64,000 nt of DNA, from positions 74,154,001-74,218,000 of the forward strand of contig CM059432.1 in NCBI GenBank assembly GCA_030390025.1. The letters run 5' to 3'. The notes beneath the pieces were generated by a model that was given only the letters and a program-made list of their open reading frames with translations, was not told the DNA's origin and searched no databases. The stretch's first letter is position 1. Each line of letters begins with the position of its first letter. This stretch comes from Squalus acanthias (taxonomy: Eukaryota). Both the position numbers and the translations under genes were made by a program. This document shows positions 26,511 to 39,100 of the stretch, piece by piece.

Positions 26511-27609
26511 GCGTTTATTGAATCCATGACATTGCTTGTCTCAGGGAGAGGTTCATAGTTGCTGCTCAGTGTGGGGATGAAGGGAGCCGCAAACTTGCTG
26601 AGGGAAGAAAGGGGCTACAAGCTTGCTCAGCTGAGGGGGAGGGGCTAAAAAGTTGCTCAGCAATGGGAAGCGGGGTCTGAAAACTTGTATGTGGTGGTGA
26701 GGAAGGGAAACTTGCTTGGTGAAGGTGGCTCTGCTACTCAGCGACCAGCTGCACTTTTAGCTAATCAGTTTACATGACTTCGGCACTTCCATTTGTTTAC
26801 ACTTGTTTACTCGCTATCTACCGCTGCCACGTTTCTGATGATTGGCTTTTCAACTAATTAGGAATCCTTTACTTTTCACCTTTTGCTGCTTGTCCATGTG
26901 GACCCTTTTACTACTTTGATTCACTTACTTTCCCACACTACCACCTTTTCACTTTTGTTTCATGGACCTCACTTCAGTCATTCAAGATCGCACTTTTTGT
27001 GATGCATTTTTAGTTTTGATTTTAATTTAAAGGATGAACACATTGCAATCGGTCATTTAGATTGCCAATACGATCTGCTTCATTTGACGATTCTTTTTAT
27101 TCCACAGACACTGATTCTTTTTTGGAATAAACACGAATTATTCAGAGTACAGTTTGGGGCTGTTGCATAACATTGGGTGACCCATTGTTTTCAGTTGGTC
27201 ACGTGAAGCTATATTACGTGATGTCTACTTGTACTCTACTGTTGGAATCCTGAGATCACTGACCATTTTAAAAATATACTAGATTAAAATATTTTGTGAA
27301 AGAGAGGGGAGGGGGGGGGGGGGAAATCAATGCTCTTGTTAAAAATTTCTTAAACAAAGGAGAGGAGAGGCCAGCAAGGAGAAGCTTTGGAGGCCTCATC
27401 TGGTACATTATTTTTCGAGTGTACATGGGTCCAAGGCCCAGTATTAGACATAGAATGATTTTTAAGTGGAAAAAATAAAGCAAATTGAATCTTTCACTGG
27501 AATAAAAAAAAAGAAAAAAATGAGGCCAGCAGGAATGGGGATGGACCCAAAGGCCTGAATTGGCAAACTAGTGGAAGGTGGGAAGGAGGCTATTGATAAC
27601 ATGTGCTGT

Positions 27610-28795
27610 GGATAAAGGGGAACCAGTGGATGCACTGTACTGTACTTAGATTTCCAGAAGGCATTTGACAAGGTGCCACATCAAAGGTTATTGCGGAAAA
27701 TAAAAACTCATGGTGTAGGGGGTAACTTTACATATTGGCATGGATAGAAGATTGGCTAGCTAACAGGAAACAGAGAGTAGGCATAAATGGGTCATTTTCT
27801 GATTGGCAAGATGTAACGAATGGTGTGCCACAGGGATTAGTGCTGGGGCCTCAACTTTTTACAATTTATATAAATGACTTGGATGAAGGGACCGAAGGTA
27901 TGGTTGCTAAATTTGCTGATGACACAAAGATAGGTAGGAAAGTAAATTGTGAAGAGGACATAAGGAGGCTACAAAGGGATATAGATAAGTTAAGTGAGTG
28001 GGCAAAGATCTGGCAAATGGAGTATAATGTGGGAAAATGTGAAGTTGTCCATTTTGGCAGGAAGAATAAAAAATGAAGCATATTATCTAAATGGTGAGAG
28101 ATTGCAGAGCTCTGAGATGCAGAGGGATCTGGGTGTCTGAGTGCATGAATCACAAAAGGTTAGTATGCAGGTACAGCAAGTAACTAGGAAAGCTAATAGA
28201 ATGTTATCGTTTTATTGTGAGGGGAATTGAATACAAAAGCAGGGAGGTTATGCTTCAGCTATACAGGGCATTGGTGAGACCACATCTGGAGTACTGTGTA
28301 CAGTATTGGTCTCCTTTATTAAGGAAGGATGTAAATGCATTGGAAGCAGTTCAGAGAAGGTTTACTAGACTAATACCTGGAATGGGCGGGTTGTCTTATG
28401 AGGGAAGGTTGGACAGGCTAGGCTTGTATCCGCTGGAGTTTAGAAGAGTAAGAGGTGACTTGATTGAAACATATAAGATCCTGAGGGGTCTTGACAAGGT
28501 GGATGTGGAGAGGATGTTTCCTCTTGTGGGAGAATCTCAAACTAGGGGTCACTGTTTAAAAATAAGGGTCGCCCATTTAAGACAGATGAGGAGAAATTTT
28601 TTCTGAGGGTCGTGAGTCTTTGGAACTCTCTTCCTCAGAGGGCGGTGGAAGCAGAGTCTTTGAATATTTTTAAGACAGAGGGGGTGAACGGTTATTGGGG
28701 GTAGACAGGAATGTAGAGTAATCAGATCAGCCATGATCTTATTGAATGGTGGAGCAGGCTCGAGTGGCCTGCTCCTAATTCGTATGTTCGTATGA
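27610..28795 (+). mobile_element. CR1 LINE 3' part
   Basis: DFQKAFDKVPH, FADDTK, LVRPHLEYC; tail cgtatgttcgtatg. Confidence 0.92.
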
Positions 28796-28899
28796 GCCTG
28801 GAGGCCTGATTCAACATCATTAAAAATTATTTCTAGTTTTACAAAGAAAAGTCTTAAAAAATTGAAAATAGTAAGCAGCACACCCCTCCATGTAGCATT

Positions 28900-31290
28900 G
28901 ATAAGAACATAACATAAGAAATAGGAGCAGGAGTAGGCCATTTGGCAACTTCGAGTCTGCTCCACCATTCAATAAGATCACGGCTGATCATCTACCTCAT
29001 CTCCACTTTCCTGCACTATCCCCATATCCCTTGATTCCCTTAATATTCAAAAATCTATCGATCTCTGTCTTGAATATACTCAACGATTGAGCCTCCACAG
29101 CCCTCTGGGGTAGAGAATTCCAAAGATTCACCACCCGCTGAGTGAAGAAATTTCTCCTCATCTCAGTCCTAAATGGCCGACCCCTTATTCTGAGACTGTG
29201 ACCCCTGGTTCTAGACTCCCAGCCAGGGGAAACATCCTCCCTGCATCTACCCTGTCGAGCCCTGTAAGAATTTTGTATGTTTCAATGAGATCACCTTTCA
29301 TTCTTCTAAACTTTAGAGAATATAGGTCTAGTCTACTCAATCTCTCCTCATAGGACAACCCCCCCATCCCAGGAATCAGTCTGACGAATCTTTGTTGCAC
29401 TCCCTCTATGGCAAGTAATATCCTTCCTTAGGTAAGGAGACCAAAACTGTACACAATACTTCCAACTGTGGTTAGGTACTATTTGCTTTCCTAATTGCTT
29501 GCTGTACCTGCATGTTAACTTTCAGTGATTCGTGTACAAGGACACCCAGGTCCCTCTGAACACCAACTTTTCCCAATTTCTCACCATTTAAAAAATACTC
29601 TGCTTTTCTATTTTTCCTACCAAAGTGGATAACTTCACATTTCTCCACATTATATTCCATTTGCCATGTTCTTGCCCACTCACTTAGCCTGTCTATATCC
29701 CCTTGAAGCCTCCTCACAACTTATATTCCCACCCAGCTTTGTATCAGCAGCAAACTTGGATATATTACATTTGGTCCCCTCATCCAAATCATTGATATAG
29801 ATTGTGAATAGCTGAGGCCCAAGCACTGATCCTTGCGGTACTCCACTAGTTACAGCCTGCCAACCCGAAAATGACCCGTTTATTCCTACTCTCTGTTTTC
29901 TGTCTGTTAACCAATCCTGAGTCCATGCTAGTATATTACCCCCAATCCCATGAGCCCTAATTTTGTTTAACAACCACCTTATCGAATGCCTTCTGAAAAT
30001 CCAAATACGCATCCACTGGTTTCCCCCTTATCTATTCTGCTAGTTACAACCTCAAAAAAACTCAAACCGATTTGTCAAACACGATTTCCCTTTCATAAAT
30101 CCGTGTTGACTCTGCCCAATCTTATTATTTTTGAAGTGCCCTGTTCTCACGTCCTTAATAATAGATTCTAGCATTTTCCCTACTACTGATATCAGGCTAA
30201 CTGGTCTGTAGTTCTCTGTTTTCTCTCTTCCCTCCTTTCTTAAATAGTGGGGTTACATTTGCTACCTTCCAATCCACGGGAACCGTTCTAGAATCTCTGG
30301 AATTTTGGAAAATGACAACCATGCATCCACTATCTCGAAAACCACCTATTTCAAAACCCTAGGATGTAGGCCATTAGGTCAAGGGGATTTATCGGCTTTC
30401 AGTCCCATTAATTTCTCCAGTACTACTTTTTTACTAATACTAATTTCTTTCAGTTCCTCAATCTCGCTGGACCCTTGGTTCTCCACTATTTCCAGGAAGT
30501 TTTTTGCGTCGTCTTCCGTGAAGACAGACACACAGTATTTGTTTAATTTCTCTGCCATTTCCTTATTCCCCATTATAATTTCTCCTGTCTCAGCCTGTAA
30601 GGGACCCACATTTACTTACGCTAATCTTTTCCTTTTTACATACCTATTGATGCTTTTACAGTCTGTTTTTATGTCTCTCGCTAGTTTACTCTCATTCTAT
30701 TTTCCCTTTCTTTATCAATTTCTTGGTTGTCTTTTGCTGAATTCTAAAATCCTCCCAATCCTCAGGCTTACTACTCTTTGGCAACATTATAAGCCTCTTC
30801 CTTTGATCTATTACTATCTTATAACTTCTCTTTTTAGCCAAGGTTGGACCATTTTTCCTGTGGGGTTTTTGTGCCTTAAAGGAATGTATATTTGTTGTAA
30901 ATTATGTTTTAATTCTTTAAATGCTAGCCATTGCTTGTCTACCATCCTACCTTTTGATGTAGTTTCCCAATCTACCTTAGCCAACTCGCCCCTCATATCC
31001 ACGTAGTTTGCTTTGTTTAGATTTAAGACCCTAGTTTTGGATTTAACTAAATCACTTTCAAACTCAATATAAAATTCTATCATATTATGGTCACTCTTCC
31101 CTAAAGGCCCCTTTACTACAAGGTTATTAATTAACCCTTTCTCATTGCACAATACTAGATCTAAAATAGCCTGCTCCCTAGTTGGTTCCTCAACATACTG
31201 ATCTAGAAAACTATCATACATTCCATGAATTTGTCCTCCACACTATTACTGCAAATTTGGTTTGCCCAGTCTATATGTAGATTAAAGTCT
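28900..31290 (-). mobile_element. CR1 LINE, 5'-truncated, tail-to-tail with the previous copy
   Basis: [34 protein letters not shown]; (CATAAGAA)n tail at ~28900-28920. Confidence 0.92.
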
Positions 31291-34200
31291 CCTCGCCTTA
31301 CAGCAAACAGGTGTTCCCAGCGCACCATGCACCCTAAACTCAGGATGCATCTCGTCAACCCTTGCTATTTTTGTTTGCATTCATTGACATTTACCACGGG
31401 GATGCTATGTAGTGGTTTAGTCTGTATGTCCTTGGTGCTTTCTGCTTATCCTCTGGTCCTAGTTTTGTTTGTGGTGCCTTTGCTGTTTTTGCACAGTGGG
31501 TGGTTTGAAGAGGACGTGGAGGGGGAGGGGAGAGTAAACAGGGAAGGCACATTTGGGACATTACGGCAGAGAGCAGTGGGTTTTGGGGGGAGGGGAGAGA
31601 GAGACCCAGTTGGGAGCAGGAGCTGCAGTAGTTGCAAGTCGAGCAAAAGTAGATCGTGCCCATTAGCGGTAGCCGCGATACTCAGCTGAAAGAATGGAGG
31701 TTTGAGAAGAAAGTTAAAATCTCTTTCATGCAAGAGCAGCCGCCTCCAGATAATCAGATATACAGATAAGCAGCTTGGCAGTTGTACTTTAAGACAAAGC
31801 AGGCAATAAAAAAGAAAGCTGTATACCTATACAGATAGCACTGACTGTGTGATGCCAGGTGTGGATCAATTTGTGTTCGGCAAGGTGTGACCTCTCATTG
31901 AAAAATCCTATCAGTGTCATCTATAGGCATTACAGTTACTATAATGAGCTCCAATAAGAGCAAGCTTCACATGAATGTTTTTGACAAAATCCATGTCCCT
32001 GGCACCAAATTTACTATATAACTGGACTATTTCCTATGGTGTTGTACACAGTAAGTTGGCGAATATGGTCACTCGTCGTCTGATATCTTTGTGTTGCTAT
32101 TTCTCGCGCACTCGTCTCCCTCTCCTGCATGCTCCCATCAGTGGTGGGAGCAATTTGAGGTTCTATTCATCTTGTAATTTGGATTCTAGGCCTTCTGCAT
32201 CCAGGAAACAGCTCAAGAACTCCAAGCTCCCAGGACCCAAATTAAGAGACCAATATAAAAGTGGTTTAAGAGTATTACGCACCACTTAAACTTGAGTATA
32301 TATATTTTTTCTATGGTGTATTGATACCAATAGTCTAAACAAGCCTGGTGTGAGCATAAAGGGAGCTTCACTCTGCATCTGGCTATGTGTTTAACAAGCG
32401 ATCGCTGCTTTTCAGTGCCTAAATTGGCAGTGTTCCATTCTCCAGCAGTGACATCCTCACCTTGAAAAACTACAACACATGAAAACCCAAGAAGAGAAGG
32501 TAGCTAAAAATGAAAAAGCTGTTAACATAATAACCATGTTATGGAAACCTGATTGGTGCAATACAGTAACAGCTGAGCGGTTCAGGTCGCTTTTGCGAAG
32601 ATTAGTGACTAACTAAAACCCAAAGTTATAACATTTACCCATTCCCACTAACTAGAATAATTTTTGTCTCTCTTATAATTCCTCAACTGAATTGCCAGTA
32701 TATTTATTTTCATGATAAGGACCTATACAAACTTTGTGAAAAATGATTGTGACTCATTATTTTGCAGTGATACCTAGGGTCTTGTGTAGTTCCATTTTAC
32801 AACTTCAACTATGAACTCTATGCACACCCATAATTTGGATATATTTGGGTCCAGATCAAACTGAAGTTGAAGTTAGTTTTTATGAACATCAAATTAATTT
32901 TCAGATGAGTTTTTTCAAAATTCAAATGTATTACCATTAAAAAGCTACAGGTTTTTGTATATGATCAGGTGGAAAATATAATTTGCTTTGCAGTGACCAG
33001 CTAAAAAATACTGAACATTGCTGTAGCAACCCAAAAGTGACATGGAATGGTTGAAGTGCTCTGAAATAATTGTTTTGGAATAACAGGTGTTTTGAAAGAT
33101 TATTGGTCAACTTGTTGAGCCTGTATAACAATAATAGGCTAGTGCTTTCTTACAGGTTGGCAGTTGGGAAACATAGGCAAATCTGTACGGATTAAATACA
33201 TATGTGCCTGTACCTATTATAAATAGGTAACTTGTAAAACTTGAGGGTTTTCCCTGCGTAAAATGGTAAACTACAGCAAATGAGCTGTGAAATAATACTT
33301 CTGTTTATGTACTGCCTTGTCGTGTTGCAACATCTTAAAGTGCTTCACAATTAATTAGTTTGAAGTACAGTGACCTATGTAGGCAAGTACGCTGTGCAGA
33401 ATTTATAACTGTTCACATCGCTCATTGAAAATAGTGAGAGTACAAGAAGGATCTATTTCGTCCAGCGTGGAAGTATAAACTCAGCATTTCCAAAATGGGA
33501 CTTGCAATTAATTCTAATGTTGAATACAGTAAAATCCCAAAATTCTCTTGAACTCTTGTTTACACTTTAACTTGGAAATAACACTTCCCATTTTCAATGA
33601 TGCACACGCCCATTTCTTTGTAAAGCAGACTTGCATTGGTAGTCCAAATTCAACTTCAGGAAGAACTGGGAATAGTACTGGATCCACCCATGTTGGGAAA
33701 AAAATGTAAAAATGGCATTACTTCAGCACGTGAAACCTGTTTTGAACCTTGATACTGTGACATTGGACTTATTCTTTCTCTTATCCTCCATGCAGATCCT
33801 TGCATGATACTTAGATTCTGGATTTGTTTAGGGTAATTCTAATAGAAACATTTCATCAAGTATTAGCCCATCTTATTTTATTATGATTTGTGTTTGGACT
33901 TTTATGTGCTGTTGAACTCCCAATCTGTTCTATATTAAATTCAGTACATAAGGCTCACGTTTAATTGAAAACTCATAACTATTTTGTATCTGGTACTCCT
34001 GTAGGTGATGGTATGATGGGTATCTTCAATTTTAAAGGTGTTTCACAACAATAGCTGCTATTTTATAGTTTGAGTACATTACCGAGTGTAAAATCTGGTC
34101 ACCAGGATCTCACAAATCGAAAGAGAGACTGGTATCACAGAGAGAGAGGTGAGGGAGAGTGTCTCTGTCTTTATTAAATGTTACTTCAATTTTGGAGGGA

Positions 34201-34399
34201 AAAAAAGTTGGATTTTGAAGCCAACTAATTATCTCCCTATTTTGTTGACTGAATAGATCAATGGTAGTCATGTGCATCTGTAAGACGGATTTGATTTCTG
34301 ACATCTATGAGACAGAGAAGCAGTTTATTTCCCCTAGTTTTAATTTAATTTTTTTATTTGAATCTTGAAAGCAAACAAAGCCCCTTTGAGGGGAAGCAA

Positions 34400-34700
34400 A
34401 GAAGAGGATAAGAGGAGAGGAGTAAGAACGCTGAGGGTGAGGGAGCCTCTGACCTCAGCACCCACCTTGCAGGGGCGGGGTGGGGGATGTAGGTGACCTA
34501 GTAGGAGTGGAGGTGAATGGATGTGGGGTGAGTGACAGTGGAGCAAAGCAAAGGGGAGGATAAAGGAGTTTAGTGTGTCATTCAACGAAGTAAATGTAGT
34601 TGTGGTAGGAAGGAGAATGCGTAATGGGAAGGTGAAGAGGTATGGGGCATGATTGGAAAGGGGGTGGGGGAAGTACAAGTGATTAGGGAAGGGAGACACT
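34400..34700 (-). mobile_element. Probable old L2 fragment
   Basis: Purine-rich strand whose minus translation is L/S/P-rich (LNDTLNSF); weak. Confidence 0.3.
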
Positions 34701-36164
34701 GTCAGATTCTCCCCTTAATCCCTTCCTCTGCTGCAGCCTGTTCCCATTGTTGGCGCTTTTCCCCACCACACCATGCCTTACTACCCACCACCTCCCACCC
34801 GAAAGAAAATAGCGTGGAACAGAACAGTGAGAAGCAAAAGAGTTAAGTAGAGAAGAGCAGACGAGAAAGAGAGACACAAATAGAAGAGTCAGGGAATCGG
34901 GCAGGCAAGAGAGTGACCATATTATCTAACTTAGTATGTGTAATGTCACAGGAGATTGACAAGTATTTTAAATGAAAACTAGTAAACCTGCACTTCATTA
35001 AATGGAACTCAGATGATGTCATGTTGATAAAAGCAATGTATTGCTTTCAGTGATATTAGAAGAATTCAGTGTTGCACATGGTCTATCATAAGCTTTATGC
35101 CATTCATACTCTGTTAATTAATGGTTATAATTAGATAATTTATGACTTCTGCAGCTATCATTGTTGGATTCTTTTGGAAGTCTTATGCATCTATTATTTG
35201 AAAAACATTACCTGTATATATTCTGTCATAGATTTTTTTTCTTAAATGCTGCTTTGCTCTACATAATCAACCACTGAAAGGAAGACAATATTTGTTTCAC
35301 TTTGCATAACACTATTCTTGTCTCTTGGTTTAAGTGGAATTGCACAGTTTGTAGTTGCAGTTATCATTATCAAAACAGTTGTTTACAGGAAATCACACTT
35401 AACCTTGCAACTTGATTTTCTATTTCATTTGCAACTTTTTCATATAGGAGCATATGTAACTTCAGCTTCCATTAGAACTATTTACATAAGGTTTGCTTTG
35501 TTCAAACATTGATTTATGCAAAACCTTTGAATATGAATTCATGGAAGCCAGGATAGGAGATGATTGTGATGGAGCAAGGTCTGTCCTGTTTTGAATTACA
35601 GTATGGTTATATTGTATATTTTGATTTGTACATTTTAAATTAGATATTAGTTTTTAAAAATCTTAAAATTTCACAACTGGCTAGTGTTATAGCGAACATT
35701 GCCTTTCTTTCAACATGAGCAGCTAAGAAAAGTCAGGCTGTGAAAGCAGACCTGATTGTTTGATCTGATTATCAATCAGATAAGGAGACATTGTGCTTGT
35801 AGGATGGGGCAGGCAATTGTCAGCATTAGCATTTCCTGAACATTGCAAGTGCAGGGCGTTATTCATTAATGTGGTATGCTACCATTGTGTCTTCATTCTG
35901 ATATTGATTGACAGTTTTGGAGGTAGAAACTACCTGAATTTAGGAATAAATGTAACAAACTTTCATAAGTTCTTCAGTTCACCTTACGCAGTTCACTTGC
36001 TTGCATTGCATGTTAGAATCACTGAAGCAAGGTTGGGCTCCAAGGAGGGCATCCATGATTACATATTTCTAAAACCCTTGTAAAGATCCTGAAAAATAAT
36101 TAACAATTATGCTGGAACTCCAAAAACCTGTTTATGTACCAGTGAAAGTTAAATGTATTGCTAT

Positions 36165-39100
36165 CAAATCAAGGATGTCTCAGAGCGACTGCAGAACATT
36201 TTGGAAGGGGAGGGTGAACAGCCAGTTGTCGTGGTGCATATAGGTACCAACGATGTAGGTAAAAAAACGGGATGAGGTCCTAAAAGCTGAATATAGGGAG
36301 TTAGGAGATAAATTAAAAAATAGGACCTCAAAGGTAGTAATCTCAGGATTGCTACCAGTGCCACGTGCTAGTCAGAGTAGAAATAGAAGGATATTTCAGA
36401 TGAATACGTGGCTAGAGGAATGGTGCAAGGGGGAGGGATTCAAATTCCTGGGACATTGGAACCGGTTCTGGGGGAGGTGGGACCAGTACAAATCGGACGG
36501 TTTGCACCTGGGCAGGACCGGGACCGATGTCCTTGGGGGAGTGTTTGCTAGTGCTCTGGGGGAGGGTTTAAACTAAAATGGCAGGGGGTTGGGAACCTGA
36601 GCAGGGAGACAGAGGAAAGGGAAACAAGAATAGAAGCAAAAGTCAGGAAGGAAAAAAAAAGGTGTCAGTCAGAGAAATCAAGGGTTTAAATCAAACGTGG
36701 CCACAGTAAATAATAATTCTAAAAGGTCTAAGAGCGTTAAAAAAACAAGCCTGAAGGCTTTGTGTCTTAATGCGAGGAGCATTCGTAATAAGGTGGATGA
36801 ATTAGCTGTGCAAATAGAGGTAAACCAATATGATCTGATTGGGATTACGGAAACATGGCTCCAGGGTGACCAAGGCTGGGAACTCAACATACAGGGGTAT
36901 TCAATATTCAGGAAAGATAGGCAAAAAGAAAAAGGAGGTGGGGTAGCATTGCTGGTTAAAGAGGGGATTAACACAATTGTAAGGAAGGATATTAGCGCTG
37001 ATGATGTGGAATCTGTATGGGTAGAACTGAGGAATACCAAGGGGCAGAAAATGCTAGTGGGAGTGGTGTATAGACCCCCAAACAGTAATACGGAGGTTGG
37101 GGATGGCATTAAAAGGGAAATTAGAGAAGCGTGCAATAAGAGCACAGCAGTTATCATGGGCGACTTTAATCTACATATAGATTGGGCTAACCAAATTAGT
37201 AACAATACTGTGGAGGAGGAATTCCTGGAGTGTATACGGGATGGTTTCCTGGACCAATATGTCGAGGAACCAACTAGAGATCAGGCCATCTTAGACTGGG
37301 TATTATGTAATGAGAAAGGATTAATTAGCAATCTTGTTGTGCGAGGCCCCTTGGGTCGGAGCGATCATAATATGATAGAATTCTTCATTAAGATGGAGAG
37401 TGAAGTAGTTGACTCCGAGACTAGGGTCCTGAATTTAAATAAAGGAAACTACGATGGTATGAGGCGCGAGTTGGGTAGGATTGATTGGGGAATGTCACTC
37501 AAAGGGTTGACGGTGGAGAGGCAATGGCAAACATTCAAAGATCACATGAATGAACTACAGAATTTGTTCATCCCAGTTTGGCATAAAAATAAAACAAAAA
37601 AGGTGACTCAACCGTGGCTAACAAAGGAAATTGGGGATAGCATAAGATCCAAGGAGAGGACATATAAATTGGCCAGAAAAAGCAGCAAACCTGAGGATTG
37701 GGAGCAGTATAGGATTCAGCAAAGAAGGACAAAGGGATTAATTAAGAGGGGGAAAATAGAGTATGAGAGTAAGTTTGCGAGGAACATAAAAACTGACTAA
37801 AAGCTTTTATAGATATGTGAAGAGAAAAAGATTGGTGAAGTCAAGCGTAGGTCCCTTGCAGTCAGAATCAGGGGAATTTATAATGGGGAACAAAGAAATG
37901 GCATGCCAATTAAATACATTGGTTCTGTCTTCACAAAGGAGGACACAAATAACCTCCCAGAGATGTCGGGGAACATAGGGTCTAATGAGAGGGAGGAACT
38001 GAAAGAAATCAGTAATTGTAGGGAAATAGTGTTAGGGAAATTGATGGGATTGAAGGCTGATAAATCCCCAGGGCCTGATAATCTACATCCTAGGGTATTT
38101 AAGGAAGTGGCCCTAGAAATAGTAGATGCATTGCTGGTCATCTTCCAAAATTCTATAGACTCTGGAACAGTACCCATGGATTGGAGAGTAGCTGATGTTA
38201 CCCCACTATTCAAAAAAAGGTGGTAGAGAGAAAACGGGGAATTATAGACCGGTAAGCCTGACATCGGTAGTGGGGAAAATGCTAGAGTCCATTATAAAAG
38301 ATGTAATAGCAGAGCACTTGGAAAACAGTGACAGGATCGGACAAAGTCAACATGGATTTACAAAAGGTAAATCGTGCTTGACTAATCTACTGGAATTTTT
38401 TGAGGATGTAACTGGTAAAATAGATAAGGGAGAACCAGTGGATGTGGTGTATTTGGACTTTCAGAAGGCTTCGATAAGGTCCCGCATAAGAGATTAGCGT
38501 GTAAAATTAAGGCACATGGGATTGGGGACAAGGTATTGACTTGGATAGAGAACTGGTTGGCAGACAGAAAGCAGAGTTGGAATAAATGGGTCTTTTTCCG
38601 AGTGGCAGGCAGTGACTAGTGGGGTACCGCAGGGATCGGTCCTAGGACCCCAGCTATTCGCAATATATAGTAATGATCTAGACGAGGGAATTGGATGTAA
38701 TATCCAAGTTTGCAGACGACACAAAGCTGGGTGGGAGTGTGTGCCGTGAGGAGGATGCTGAGAAACTCCAGTATGATTTGGACAGGTTGGGTGATTGGGC
38801 AGAAGCATGGCAGATGCAATATAATGTGGATAAATGCGAGGTTATCCACTTTGGTGTCAAAAACAGGAAGGCAGATTATTATCTGAATGGCAATAGATTG
38901 GGAGAAGGGGAAGTGCAACGAGACCTGGGTGTCCTTGTGCACCAGTCGCTGAAGGTAAGCATGCAGGTGCAACAGGCGGTGAAGAAGGCAAATGGTGTGT
39001 TGGCCTTCATAGCAAGAGGATTCGAGTACATAAGAACATAAGAACATAAGAAATAGGAGCAGGAGTCGACCAATCGGCCCCTCGAGCCTGCTCCGCCATT

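Larger units (their letters stand above)
24430..26740. repeat. Dispersed degenerate G-rich minisatellite units ((AA)CTTGCTCAG plus G-runs) interrupted by TEs
   Basis: Units at ~24538, 25332, 25798, 26561, 26591, 26621, 26651 and 26708. Confidence 0.5.
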
